Notes: a model not told the origin generated them from the sequence alone. DNA of 64,000 nucleotides from an uncultured Planctomycetota bacterium (GCA_963823665.1 CAWGMQ010000006.1:1568001-1632000); one strand, 5' to 3'; counted from the first letter of the stretch, positions 11,501 through 24,316 are shown. Made by a program: numbers and translations.

Positions 11501-14500
11501 AGGTCGACCGATGTGAGCTGGTCAGTCGCGTCGTAGCCGTACGTCGTGGTGCCGTCGAGCGTCGCGCCGCTGTCCGGCAGGCCCAGGTCGTTGTAAGCGT
11601 AGTCGTAGCTCGAGAGGACGGTGCCGCCGGGTTCGTAGTTGACGATGCTCGTGAGGTCGCCGTCCAGGTCGTAGCCGAAGTTCGTGTACGTGCCGTTGCC
11701 CAGGTCCTTGCAAGTAAGCAAGCCCGCGGCGTCGTACGTGTACTGGGCGATCATGTTGCCACTACCGTCGGTGAGCTCGGAGAGCCGGCCAACATGATCG
11801 TATTCGTAGTTGACCGTGAAGCCGGTTTGGTCGACCATCTGCGTCCGCTGGCCGACCGCATTGTAGGTGAATTTGAGATACATGCCGTTGGGGTATGTGA
11901 CCTCGGTCAACTCGTCCGATGAATTGTACGTGAACGAGGTCGTGCCGCTCGAATTTGTTGCCGAGATCAGGTTGTCGTGCGCGTCATAGGAGAACGTGAT
12001 TGTCGAGCCGTCGGCGAAGTCTTCTTCTGTGAGTAAGCCGGCTGAGTTATAGGTGTAATGAGTCGCGTTGCCGTTCTGGTCCACGGACTCGATCAGGTTG
12101 CCTGTAGGATCGTACGTGAATTGCTGCTGGGTGCTGTCCGGATAGGTGATATCTAGCAGGTTCCCGTTGGAGTCGTAAGTGTATTGAGTGGTATTGCCGT
12201 CTGGGTCGGTCAGGCTCGTCAGATTGTTGAAGAGCGAATCGTATGTGGCCGTGATCGTGTCGCCGAGGGGATCGGTCGTTGACGTCGTGTCGCCGGCCGC
12301 ATTGTTCGTGAACGTGGTCGTGACCCCTCCCGGGCCGGTCTCCTGAATCAAGTTGTTGTTGGCGTCGTATGTGTAATTGGTGATGTTGCCGAGCGGGTCT
12401 ACGAATCGAGCAACTTGATCGGATTCGTTGAGAAAATATGTCGCCGTGGCGCCGTCGGCGTTGGTTACACTGACGCCGCCTTCACCATTATAAGAATAGG
12501 TGACCATCTCGGCGCCGCCATCGGCGCTTTGGCTGGTTAGCTGGCCTTGAGTGTTGTACGTGAAATAGGAGTGCGCACCGTCTGGATAAGTGATCGAAGC
12601 GAGGGCGTATTCGCTCTGCGCACCTTCGTCGGTGAAATATGTGTAGCTCGTGGTACCGGTCTCGTTCGTCACACTCTCTAAAAGCTGGCCTGTGGGGTCG
12701 TAGGTGTACGTCGTGACGCGGCCGACCGGGTCGGTGAGACTCGGTGATTCGTCCCTGGCTGTTGTAGGTGAACGAGATCGTCGCGCCGGTCGCCGAGTCG
12801 ACGAAACTGGTCAGCAGACCGTTCGTGTAATTCGCGGTGATCGTGTTACCGTTGGTGTCTTCGGTGTAGTTGAGCGTGCCGTTGGGATTAAATACGATGA
12901 GCGAGCCATCGGTTTCGCGGAGGGTGTAACTACTGTTTTGCAGCGTCAGGGTGGAGGCGTCGCCGGGCGCACCTTGATACGAGCCGTTCGGCTCCAGCGT
13001 GAAGGGCTCGACCTGACCTGAGTATTCGATAGTGACGTTTCCGGACGAGTCCGTAACCGCCTTGGTATCGGTCGGGTCGGGCCACCCGCGGCCGAACGCG
13101 CCAAGGAAGTAGTTTTGCTCGATGGTGCCGAAATCGTCGGCCTTCTCCAGCTCGAAGCTCAAGAGCTGGCTGGCGTCCGCTGTGTATTCACCGAGCTGGC
13201 TTAAGTACGTGGCGTCATTGTCGAGCACCTGCTGGTATTGGCCCAGAGTGTCGCCGACTGCGGCGGTGAAGTTCTGATAGATGGCGGCCCAGGCGTCGCT
13301 GGCGACATCGGGCGGTTGCAGGTCGGATTCGACCGAGTTCCAGTCGAAGGGCGTGTCGGCCGACGGGATCGTCGAGAGGGTAAAGTTGCTGACGGCGTGG
13401 GCGCCTTGATTGATCGGCAAGAAGCTCAGCGTGATCGTGCCCTGGTAGCCCGGTGGCAAGGTCCCGGCCGGCCCACCCTGGTTGATGCCCAGAAGCTCTA
13501 CGCTGTCCGGGACGTAGGTCGTCTCACCCGGCAGCTCGAAGCTGGCGTTGTCGGACGAGAGGATCATCAGCGGCGCCGGGGCATCCGTGCCGCCGGTGTT
13601 CGTATAATTGAGGGTGATCGTTCCCGGGTTATTGTTGTTCGTGTAGGCGCTGCAGCTCAGGCTGAACGATACCTGGCCGGGGGGAGCGCTGGTGACGGTG
13701 AAGGCGGTCGGGTCCGTGAAAGTCTGGCCGCCGTCGGCGATTTGTACACCGTAACTCCCCGGTATCAATCCCGTCAGGCCGAACGTGGCAAACAGGGTCG
13801 TGTTGTCCTTGTAGAGGACGTTGGATGCAGGCGATTGCGCCCCGCCGGTGGCGACGAGGCTCACTGTGGTGCTGGGCGTTAGCTGGGAACCGTTGACTGT
13901 CAAGGTGGCCTGCCCCGCGTTGCTGCCTTGATTGGGGCTGACGCTCACCACCTGCAACGCCAGTTCTTGGACGCTGATATCGAACGGTTTGCCACCGGCA
14001 GAACCCGCGTTGCCATGGAGCCAGATGTAATACGATCCCGCCTGTATGCCGTTCAGGGTGATCTGTTGTTGCGATTGGCTCGGGTCGAACGCCTCCTGAT
14101 CAAACGTCGTCGCGTCGGGAACATTCTGGTACCTGACAAACAGCTCGCCCCGGCTGCGGCGGCGAAGTCGGCCGTGATCGTGACCACCGGCCCAGCCGGC
14201 AGGTTGACCTGGTAATACTCATCCTGGCCGTCGTCGATGGTCCCCGAGGCTGTAACCCCGGGAGCGAGGCTTTCCATTCCTACTGTGATGAGGTTCGGCG
14301 CCGCCAGGGTGTTGTTCGCACGATTCACGTCGGGCACGTCCCCTTGGCTGTCGCAGATGACGAAGATGTGGTAATTGCCTGGCACGATTCCGGGCAGAGG
14401 AGCTATGAGAGTTCCGGTGTAGCTCGCGCCCCCTGCTAGGGCCCCCGTATGTTGTGCCTGCCCGATTAACCTTGCCGACGAGTCGTAATAATCGTCCGGC

Positions 14501-16803
14501 GAGAGGTAGATGGAGTCGACCCAGGAATCGGCACTCGTTGGCGTACTCTCGTTGTTGATCACGGTGTAGTTGATCGTGACATCCTGGCCGGATTCGGCGT
14601 TGTTCGGGGCGGTAAACGAAACGCTCTGCACAGCCAGGTCACCCGCGTCGACGAGCGCATTCACGGCCACATCGGTGTCGCTGGTCACGAGCTCGAATAA
14701 TTGAGTACGCCCAGCAGTCAGCCCGTCGATCAACGGAAATGCGCCGTTCCCGCTGCCGTAGGTCATGATCTGGAAATGATCGCCCGCCTGGGGCGCAAAA
14801 CCATTGACGAGACTGATGGACAAAGTACCGCCGAGCGTGGCATTTCCCGAGGCCGTAACCTGACCGAACTGTCCGCTGGCGGGAGTGCCGCCCACCTGGA
14901 TAGCGAGCGAGGCCGAATTCAATTGCGTGAAGTTGCCATTGACGCTCAACGTGCTCCCCGCACCGACGTTCAACGAGCTCTGATTTGTCAAGTCTCCGAT
15001 CATCGCGAGATCTGCGCCGTCGAGGATAATCAGGCTTTCGGCGTTGCTGGTGATGCTATTGACGAAGGGAAAGTTCGCGCCGGTGCCGCTCAGGGTTACA
15101 GCGGCGTCGTTCGTGGTGATTGTACCGGCGGTCGTGATGTCCAAGGTCGAGCCCCCGAGAACGTTCCAGGTGCCGCCCGACAATGAGCTCTCGGAAACTT
15201 GAGACACCGTCGCGGTGATCGCGAGGGTTCCCGAGTCCACTTCGACGGTGCCACTGTTGTTGAACGTCGATACGATGATCGTCGACGTCCCATCGCCGGC
15301 CGACGTTCGCAATGTACCGGCGTTGTTCAGGACCGGAGGTGGAGGGGATTGAAGTGTTCCTTGGAAGCTCGTAATCCCCGCGTCGTCCTGGAGATCAAGG
15401 GTGCCCCCGGCGAGGTTGCTCAGTGTTCCCCCGATGCCGTATTCGTTGCCGAAGCCGGCGGTTGTCACGATGCCAAGGCTCAGGTTGCCGGGGCCCTCCT
15501 CGACGATGGTACCGGCGTTGGCCAGTGTGCCGCCTGCGACGTACTCCGAGTTGGCGCCCGAGATGGCGATCGTCCCGGAATTGGTGAGCGTGCCCGCGAT
15601 TGTTCCCCCGGTCCAGGTGATCGCGCCAGAATTTGTGAGCGTGCCGGCGAGCGTTCCCCCGCTCCAGGTCATCGAATTCTGGTTGTTCAGGGAACCCCCG
15701 ATCGTGCCAGCCGTCCATTGGAAGTCTGTGAAATCTAGGGTGGCGCCTGGTGAGCCGGCGACAAAATTACCGTCGTCAGCGAACTCGACGAGTCCGGCAC
15801 CGGCGCCCGTGAACGTGCCGCTGAATACTAGCTGGTAACCAGATCCCACCACTGCGATGTTTGGGGCAAAAAAGTCCAACGTGGCGTCGCTCTCGGTGGT
15901 AAACGAGCCGCCGTTACTCGTTATGGTGCTTCCATAAGCATAACCCAGGCTCAAGGTGCCCGAGTCGACTTCGACACTGCCGGTGTTATTGATGTACGAG
16001 GTTTCAATCGCGGCTGACGCAGACCCAGCGGCCACCTCGACCTCGCCTGCGTTGTTGACAACGCTCAACGCCGTGTAGAAGGTCTCGAGATCAACGATCG
16101 ACGCACCAGCTTGTAGGTCGATAACGCCCGAGGCGAGATTGTTGAGGGTGCCGGGAGAGTTGCTGTCGGAACCAGCGGTTCCGAGGACCAACGAACCGGT
16201 CCCGCTGTCGATGATCGTCCCCGAGTTGCTGAGCGCTCCACTGAGGAAGATCTGACTGGAACCACTGAGCGTTATCGTTACCGTGTTGGTCAACGAACCA
16301 CCAAAGGTTCCGCCCGTCCAGTCAAAACTCGGGAAGTCCAGGACGGTGCTCCCACCGGCATTGACGTTGCCGGCGCTGAACTGCGCGGTCGAGGAAGCTC
16401 CGCCGGAGTACATCCCCGACAGAGCCAGGTTTCCGTTGAGCTGGAAACTCCCATCGATCTCTGCTCCTGCGGCGACGGCAAGCGAACCGCCAGATAGGGA
16501 GAGCGTCGCATTACTTTCGCTCAGAATACTGTTCACCGATTGGTTGCCAGAGTCGATGGTGACGGTCAGCGCGGTGGGTGGGTCGATCGTCACGTCGTCG
16601 TTCGGGCCGGGGGCTGTACCCGTGCTCCAATTCGAACCGACGTCCTAGTTGCCGCTGGAGGTGGCCACCCAGTTGACCTGGGCCAAGAGGGTTCGCGACT
16701 CGAGAACCTCGTCGCGAATCCGGTGCAGTCGGCGATCCCGTGAGCGTGGGTTCAGCCGGGTCGGAGACGATGATGGACGCCAGAGCGAATGAATGCGAGA
16801 CAT
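8563..16803 (-). CDS. Giant secreted RHS/YD-repeat protein (beta-helix-like N-terminus, CARDB, RHS core, DPN/FN3-like C-terminus); interrupted
   Basis: VLESRTLLA leader motif; YD repeats; core RNRWYD...GRFTQPDPIGLAGG..NYYQY..N.PTN.IDPLG. Joins ORFs 16645-16803, 14053-16593, 12488-13957 and 8563-12672 through one in-frame TAG and two frameshifts (~14145, ~12738). Confidence 0.88.
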
Positions 16804-16881
16804 GGGAGCCCTTTTCTCAGGCGTTGCAGGACTGCCAATTTTCAAGCACGAAAACGTCGTGATCGGATCTGTGTCGGGCTA

Positions 16882-19548
16882 TTACTTCTGGTTCAATTCC
16901 TTGACCAAGCTTTGAAAGCTCTCGAACGGAGGGAGCGATTGAAGCTCGGGGTGTTCTTGGAGTGATTTGGCCGTCCAGGCGTGTCCGTTCTTTATTCCCA
17001 TCCGGAGCAGACCCACGGCGCGGTCGGCGACGGAGAGGGACAGCTCCCGGCGCTGGGCGTTGTTCCGGTTCGGAAGCTCCTCAAGCCTCGGCACGCAGCG
17101 AGTGTAAGCACAGGCGATTTCAGAGAAGGTATCCGGAGCGTCTGGCAGAATGCGGATGGCAGTTTCCACCGCCTCGAAGGCATTCTTCGTATCACCCTTG
17201 GACAACAGAATCTCGGCCAGGAGCACGTAGCCGTTGCGAAGCCAGGCGAGAAACGTCGGATGCTTTGGGCTGGCCGTCAGAGCGGTCTGATGGAGGGTGA
17301 TCGCTCGCTTTGTGAGTTCAGTGGCTTCCGCGTATTTCCCCTGATCGCGGAGCGATTCCGCCAAGCTGATCGCGACCAAGCCCAGATTGGCCAGACTGTC
17401 CGGCACGTCTGGATACCGAGACGCGAGCTGCTCGCGCTCGGACAGCGCGTGACGGAGGACCGCCTCGGCCTCCTCGAGCAGGCCTCTCTTCGTCAAGATC
17501 TCGCCCAGGTTGATCCTGATGTCAGTCACCCGTTCGCGGTAGCTCCAGTTCTAGGGAGCGTTGGCCACCAACTTCTCCTCGATCTCCAGCGCCTGACGGA
17601 ACGCGTGCTCGGCCTCCGCCAGATGCGGCCGGCGGGCATCACTGAGCAGCCCGGCGAATGCGGCGAGACCGGCGGCCAGCTCGTGCCGGCGGTCTGGATC
17701 AGTGGGCGATTCGGCGACCAACTTCTCGCGTAATCCGATTGCTCTTCGATAGTCGCGCTCGGCCTCGAGAAATCGCTCGCTCTCATGGTGCAGGATGGCC
17801 AAGTCGTGAAGGTTGTGGGCCATCACCTGGCGGAACTCAGGGCGGTTGGGAAACTCGGTTGCCGCACGCTCAGCCCTGTCGAGACTGCGCCGGATGGCAT
17901 CCTCGGCCTCCTTTGTGCGGCCTTTTGTGCGATAGGCAAGACCAATCTCGTTCAGGCTACGCGCGAGCGAAAGGCTGTAGGCAGGCTCGTGCGGGAATTC
18001 CGTCGCGAGCGCATCGAACAGGGACACGGCACCGGCGTAGGCTTGCTCCGCCGCGTCAATCTCACTTAGCTGGTTGTTAATCCTGCCTACACGGAAGCGC
18101 GCATTTGCTGTCTCTGCCCGTGCAGCCGCGCTTGAGCCGTTCCCCACGGCGGCTTGGTCATCGTAATATGTACGCATCTTCATGAGAAACTCGCGGCGGG
18201 CCTTCTCCATCCCCGGCAGTTTCGGCAACAATCGTTCGGCGGCCTGGGTGTACATGTCGTCGACAGCTCGCTTGGCCTGGTCGCGCTGTCTGGCAATCTC
18301 GGCGTTCTTGCGCGACAGCACCGCGGTCATGACGGCCAGCCCGATCGTCCCGGCGATCAGCAGCGTCGCGACCAGACCTGCCAGTCCCGCGAGCGAGCGG
18401 TTCCGGCGCGCCCAGCGCCATCCTTTGACGAGCGGGCCGACTGGCCGCGCAGCGATCGGCTTTCCGCTCTGCCAGCTTTCGAGGTCATCCGCCAGGGCTT
18501 CGGCGGACGCGTAGCGGGCTTTCGGCTCCTTCTCGAGGCATTTCAGGCAGATCGTGTCCAGGTCGCGGTCGACGCGAGGATTGAGTATACGCGGGGGCGT
18601 TGGGGCGATGTTACGCACCATTTCGATTGTGTCGAGGGCCGTCTCGCCGCGGAACGGGGGCTGGCCGGTCAACAGCACGTAGAGCACCGTGCCCAGGCCG
18701 TAGACGTCGGTCGAGGTACTGAGTGCGGTGCGACGGCCCTGGGCTTGTTCGGGGGACATGAAGCTGGGGGTGCCCACGATCGCGCCGGAGATTGTCAGGC
18801 CGCTGTCCATGTCCAGGCGCCGGGCCAGGCCGAAGTCGGAGACGTGCGGTTCGCCGGACTGGTCCAGCAGGATGTTCGACGGTTTCAGGTCGCGATGGAG
18901 GATGCCGTGGCGGTGCGCGTGATCGATGGCATGGGCCACAGTCGCGAGCAGTTCGGCGGACTTGCGAGGATCGTCACGATAGGCCTCGATGTTGTCCGCC
19001 AGGCTGCCGCCTTCCAGGTAGGGCATGAAGAGGAAGAGGCGGCCGTCGTGCTCTGCTACTTCGAGGACCGGCACGATGTTTGGGTGGCTCAAGGCGCCGA
19101 GTGTCTCGGCCTCGTTGCGGAAGCGCTCGACATCGAGCGGCGAGATCTGGCGGCCGACGCCGATCGTCTTGATTGCCACGAGACGGTTCAAGCGGCGCTG
19201 GCGGGCCTTGTGCACGACCGCGGTTCCGCCGTGGGTGGGCGCACCGAGCAACTCATAACCGCGGGCTTCGAGGACGGCGATCAGGTGGGGATCGGGTGCG
19301 GAATCGAGGTCGGTTTCGTGGCGAGGGATCTTTGCGGCACATGCCACTGCACGAAGCGGGGCGGTCAGGAATGCCACCTCGTCCTGCGCGGCGAAGAATT
19401 CTTCCAGCTCTGGAGCGAGGTCGGAGTGTTCGGCCAGGAGGGCACGGCGATCGGGCACCAGGCCGTCGCCGAGGGCGTCGAGGAAGGCGGTGACGACTTC
19501 GCCTAATTGTGGTTGGGTCTCCGAGGGCTCGACAGCGTCGACGGGCAT
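16882..19548 (-). CDS. Ser/Thr protein kinase with TPR repeats (frameshift ~17560)
   Basis: VAIK, HRDLKPSN, DFGLA, GTPSFMSPE, DVYGLG; TPR helices continue in ORF 16882-17529. Confidence 0.93.
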
Positions 19549-19646
19549 TGATGATTCCTCTCAGTGGGCTTTCGCGTTTCGGGGGTGCTGAGCGACCGGG
19601 CGTTGAGCACTGGCAGTGCCGGTGCGAGCCAAGGAAGCGTTGCCGG

Positions 19647-19988
19647 GCCTCGCGTTTTCGGGGGTGGGAAGACCTGCGGTCGGGCGGAGGGCGGGGTCTG
19701 GAGACCCGCGCCCAACGTCTGAGCGAGTGGCACCCAGGGAGGCGTTGGCGAGCCTCGCGTTTTCGGGGGTGGGAAGACCTGCGGTCGGGCGGAGACCTGC
19801 GGTCGGGCGGAGGGCGGGGTCTGGAGACCCGCGCCCAACGCTCGCCTCGCGCTTTCCGGGCTGGGAAGACCTGCGGTCGGGCAGAGGGCGGGGTCTGGAG
19901 ACCCGCGCCCAACGCGCGCCTCGTGGTTTCGGGGGTGGGAAAGCCTGCGGTCGGGCGAGGGGTGGGGTCTGGAGACCCGCGCCCAACG
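19647..19988. repeat. Cluster of four ~70-bp REP-like units
   Basis: Core GCGGGGTCTGGAGACCCGCGCCCAACG ends at 19717, 19840, 19914 and 19988; internal palindrome GGGTCT-GG-AGACCC. Confidence 0.9.
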
Positions 19989-20062
19989 CGCGTGGAAGGG
20001 ACACTGGCAGAGCCTGTGCCACCCAGTTCAGTACATTCCGGTTCGTCATCGTGTAATGCTAT

Positions 20063-20626
20063 TCAGGAAGACTCGGCGAGCTTCTCGCGTATCGTTGTGA
20101 CTCCTCGTGTGATCAGTGCGCCGACGGCATTCTGAGTGGGGCCCATCCGCTGGGCGATGTCCCGGGTTTTGTATCCATGAATGTAGAAATCCTCGACGGC
20201 CGTCCGTTGATCTTCCGGCAAGCTGTTGATCGCGCGTGCGATCCGATCGAGCTGTTCCTCACGTTCGGTTTGGGCTTCGGGGCCAAGGGACGAGGCGCAG
20301 AGCCACGCTTCAAGTCGCGCGGAAGATAGGCACAGGGCCTGTTCGAAGGCTTGCTCCAGGTCGACGTCGTGGGCTGGTCCGGACAAGGTGCGGCCCTTGT
20401 CCTTGAGCAGGTTTACCAGGATCTGCCGAAGCCAGGACCTCAACTCCGGAACGCTGTTTCCTCGGTACTGTTGGATCGCCTTGTGTGCACGAAGGAGGGC
20501 TTCCTGGGCAATGTCTGATGGATCCAACTGGCGCCGGAATTTTGGCTCCAGCAACACGCGCGCGAGGAGAACCAGGTAATCACGGTGCTGCTCGATGGGC
20601 GGCGTGCCGTCGCGGTCACCTTCCAT
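20063..20626 (-). CDS. ECF-type sigma-70 factor (planctomycete type, kinase-associated)
   Basis: RDYLVLLAR...LDPSDIAQE...SWLRQILVN (region 2) and LPEDQRTAV...DIAQRMG (region 4). Confidence 0.92.
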   Translation of the reverse strand: MEGDRDGTPPIEQHRDYLVLLARVLLEPKFRRQLDPSDIAQEALLRAHKAIQQYRGNSVPELRSWLRQILVNLLKDKGRTLSGPAHDVDLEQAFEQALCLSSARLEAWLCASSLGPEAQTEREEQLDRIARAINSLPEDQRTAVEDFYIHGYKTRDIAQRMGPTQNAVGALITRGVTTIREKLAESS

Positions 20627-21870
20627 CTGCGGCCACCTATCTACACTGACGAGGGAACGTTCGGAATTCCGCGCGGGTCGCGATTTTTTTTTGGCTTCGA
20701 GGATGGTGGTTCAAGTGCTGGCGGACCCACGCGGGCACGGTCGTGACGAACTGCTTGATTGATGTCTTGCTTCTTCGCCGGGAACTCCTCGCGCCTGAGC
20801 GATTTCGATCGATGCCGTCAGGGGATCTGGATGCGACCGGAGCGAGCAAACGGGGAGGATAGCAGATCGGGGGGCGGGAAGGGAGCGAGACGCTTGATTT
20901 TGGATTTTGGATCGGGGGACGAGAGCTGGCGGGTTTGTGCGGCCATTCAACGTCAGGTAGCGCGTTACTAAGTTGATTCAGGTACTTCGAGGTCATCGAC
21001 GCGGCTGTGGGCCGAGGCTTTCTGCGGCGGTGCGCAGATGCCGAGGGAATTTTCTTCCGTAATCGATCCAGGCGGTGGAACCGGGAAACTTGCTGAAGAT
21101 TTCCTGGTCGAAAGCCGGTGGAATCCGCAAGGTCGCCGCATATTCTCAATGAGACAGTGCGCTGATCGGCGGCGCGATGTGAACTGCGAACGCCGGCTCA
21201 TGGCACCACCGGCGCTCTGGAGCTACAACGGGCGGCCGGAGGAAGTCACTCATTACTGAGGGCGTTACATTGATCAGGAAAACATTGGGGTCTGGCGGGA
21301 GGTGGCTGCGGCTAGCGGCGTCCGAGTCGGAACGAGATCAGGGTCCCGGCCAATTTACACTAATGTACGGATGCTGGAAGGGGCTCGTAATATTGCCACT
21401 TATTGCCATTTTTCGGCGAATGCGGCGATTGCTTGAGACGGCGTGGCTGCTCTGTAAGTTAAATCGGCATAGAGCAATAGGAAGAGAGCGTGGCGTTGTT
21501 CGGCGACGGCAAACGCTCATGGCAATGGCCAATGAAAATTGCCACGACAATTCGACGATGTTGTTCACTATGTTTTCGACGGTTTTTTTCGGCTGTTGGA
21601 GGCCCGATCCGCGAATGCTACCGGCGAATGTGCGTGGTGCTGGGGACACGTTCGGTTCCATCGCAAACGGCGAGAAAGGGGAGTGCCCATTGGGCGGGCG
21701 AAGGGTGACAATGGGGTGGCGCAGCGCCAGCTCGACGGGGAGCTGGCAGGTTGGACAGACGGCAACTGGCCCGGACCACACGCTGGGCTTGCGGTCTTGC
21801 CCGTGCGCGAGCCCACCACGACGCCGTTCGGCAGCACTTTCCCGACACGGGTGTGTGGAATGCCTTCGTT

Positions 21871-22863
21871 CCCGTAATCGTTGTGGCGTAAGGACGCGCG
21901 ACGAATGTACAAAACGAAATCAGCCGAGTAGTAGGACGGAGGACGGAGGGCGGAATCAGACAAAGACTTCAACCACGAAGCCGACTGAGGTCACCGAGAT
22001 GAACCGAGTCGGGAGATTGAACGTTCGATCGCGGAATTTGAGCGCTGGTTCAAAGTTGGGTAGCGCACTGCTGAACTGGTTCTCGTTCTCTGGATGATCT
22101 CTGTGACTTTCAGCACGCCCTCGACGACCGATCGGACGACCGCGTGATGGGTTTTGATTCGACCGCGTGTTCACAATTAACAAAGAAATCGCGCAAAGCC
22201 GTAGCTCCTGACGTTGCAGCCGCATCGATTGAGTGATTGCAGTTTTTTTGGACGCTTTTATTGCCGATCGCTGAAACCGGTCGCATATATACATAGGGCA
22301 GGGTCCGCGAACGCGCGATGCTGGCGCGATGGGCGGCTCCTCTTTGCTTTCCTACCTTCTCGTCGATCTCCACTGGCCCTGAGAACAGCGGCGAAATTCA
22401 CGCACCGAGTGCAATCCAGTGCAAACTACCGCAATGAGAAAAGAGGCTGAGACCAAAACCGAAACGCAGGCAGGCTTGGCCGTTGCGCAGGGCGACTCCG
22501 TCGCCCTGGCGGCTTTGCCGCGTCGTCGGTTGAGTGCAGGGTTCGCTGCCCAGAATCAGAACCAGGATCAAAGGCGAGGATCTTCCGATTTTGCTATCAT
22601 TAGTTATCATTTTGCTCCAGGGGAAAGAATCTGTTGGATCGACGGAAGCCTTTTTCGCGCATGCACTTGCGGAGGGCCGCGCACTCGGACTCGGAGGGTG
22701 GAGCGCTTCGCGGGGCACTGTGGAGATTCTGGGTCAAAGCCACGAGGTTGCAGGCAAGGCTTTCGGCCTCGAATTCGGCCCATGGCATCGCCATGTCGAC
22801 CGAGGGAGTGCGTGCCCGTAGTCCTTGTGGCATAAGGCTGCGCGACGAATGTACAAAACGAAA
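21871..22863. repeat. Two 49-bp direct repeats (21871-21919 and 22815-22863)
   Basis: 44/49 identical, both ending GCGCGACGAATGTACAAAACGAAA. Confidence 0.85.
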
Positions 22864-22896
22864 CGAACGGTCGGTGACGGGAGGCGCGGGAAGAGT

Positions 22897-22918
22897 GTCA
22901 GGCTGAAGCCTAACCTAC
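22897..22918 (-). repeat. GTAG-type REP-like palindrome
   Basis: One mismatch to 7367-7388. Confidence 0.7.
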
Positions 22919-22938
22919 TTTGATGGGCAGCCCAGGTC

Positions 22939-23823
22939 TCACTCCCAGAAATCCCCCTCGTGGTGAATTTTTCGAAAGTCCCACCCTGCGCCATGCCAGA
23001 AGTGATGATCCACGGTCACGTCCCTTCCTTCCATCGTGATCTCGAGAAAGCCAGGATGATGTTTGGCCCGGTGGTCACGCATCAGCGGAGCGCCCGGGTT
23101 CAAGCAAAGCTGGTTCGGGATCGACCGGGGGCGGAATGCCCATGCTGCGTGGATGTGCCCGCAACAATACAGATGAGGGCCAATCGTTTTCAGCCAGGCA
23201 ACCAGGTCCGATCCGTTCACAATCGACTTGCGCGCGAGTCGGGATTCGTACTCGGCGGGGGCCGCGACCGGATAGTGGCAGGCGATGAGCAGATTCATCC
23301 TCTCTGCCGCACCCTCTGCCGCGGCGGCGACGAGCTCGGCGGCGGCGATCAACTGTCTTTCGGGCAGCCAGCCCCGCGCAGAGACGCCGGCGCGGGTGGG
23401 ATCGAGGCCGAGGACCGCTGTGCGCGAGTCGAGCGGCCTCAGCCAGGGATAAGGGCCCTCGGGTGCGAAGGCGCCGAAATACCGCTCAAACCTTCTCGTG
23501 CGGTGGGCCCGGAGGGTGTAACGGTCGTGGTTGCCCGGGATGATCGTCACGCTCGCCGGGTTGTCCAAGAGGCCGGAGAGAGCGGTCCGGGCGTGATGGA
23601 ATTCGTCTGCCAGCGCGGTTGTGGTCAAGTCGCCCGTGATCAGGACATGGTCGGGATTGAGACTCCGCACTCGCTCGACCAGGTCGGGGACTCGCTCGAG
23701 GCGGAAGCGACGGCCGCGGCCCATCAAAAGCGAAGCCGTGCCGACGAGACGCTTGCTCAAGAGGCGCATGGGATGGAGGGCGTAACGCCAGAAATGAATG
23801 TCGGAGAGATGGATGATTCGCAT
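22939..23823 (-). CDS. Calcineurin-like metallophosphoesterase
   Basis: HLSDIH, ITGDL, PGNHD, GHIH motifs. Confidence 0.93.
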   Translation of the reverse strand: MRIIHLSDIHFWRYALHPMRLLSKRLVGTASLLMGRGRRFRLERVPDLVERVRSLNPDHVLITGDLTTTALADEFHHARTALSGLLDNPASVTIIPGNHDRYTLRAHRTRRFERYFGAFAPEGPYPWLRPLDSRTAVLGLDPTRAGVSARGWLPERQLIAAAELVAAAAEGAAERMNLLIACHYPVAAPAEYESRLARKSIVNGSDLVAWLKTIGPHLYCCGHIHAAWAFRPRSIPNQLCLNPGAPLMRDHRAKHHPGFLEITMEGRDVTVDHHFWHGAGWDFRKIHHEGDFWE

Positions 23824-23917
23824 GCTTGCCGGAGCTGGCCGGGGGCCAATGAAAGAAGAGAAAGAAGATTAGGATTAAGATTAGGATTAAGATTAGGATT
23901 AGGATTAGGGGCGTGGT

Positions 23918-24316
23918 TCAATCGGCCGGGTTTTGTCTTTCGTAGTCGCGGGTGGAGTTTTTTTTGATCAATCCCATGAGCATGCGGACGACGCTCTGGA
24001 GGCGCTCTTTGCCGGGGCGGATTTGGTCCGGGGTTAACTTGGATTTCGCGACGAGAACGTCGAGGCCGGCGGCGCACTCGAGCGCGGAGGCGTTAGCGGT
24101 ATCAAAGAATCGGCAGCGATCCTTGAGTGCGTATTTGCCATTGCCTTCCGCAATATTGAGTGTGATCGAAGTTGACGCTCGGTCTAACTGGTCTTTGACG
24201 TCGCCGAGCCGGGTCGAAGCTTCCAGGAGTGGCGTGAGCCATGAGATAAACGCGAGCGATGATTGATAGACTTCCAGTTTTTCGTGTTCGAAGAAGTATT
24301 CCTGGGGCGCTGGCAT
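23918..24316 (-). CDS. Four-helix-bundle protein (23S rRNA IVP-like family)
   Basis: HEKLEVYQ...DQLDRASTSITLNIAEG...RFF..A..SALEC; AGGAG before the ATG at 24316. Confidence 0.92.
   Translation of the reverse strand: MPAPQEYFFEHEKLEVYQSSLAFISWLTPLLEASTRLGDVKDQLDRASTSITLNIAEGNGKYALKDRCRFFDTANASALECAAGLDVLVAKSKLTPDQIRPGKERLQSVVRMLMGLIKKNSTRDYERQNPAD

Noticed and set aside
10546..11922. Long antisense ORFs (also 18154-19506, 22960-23967, 28830-29858, 42238-43221)
   Set aside because: They are shadows of real genes caused by high-GC codon bias and carry no recognisable motifs.
16645..16647. Programmed amber readthrough (pyrrolysine)
   Set aside because: The context predicts Trp, other genes end normally at TAG, and no pyl genes are seen.
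19647..19988. CRISPR array
   Set aside because: The sequence between the palindromic cores is itself repeated, spacing is irregular and there are no cas genes; it fits REP-like units.
21270..22097. 275-aa ORF as a real gene
   Set aside because: No family motif, atypical composition, and it runs through repeat elements.
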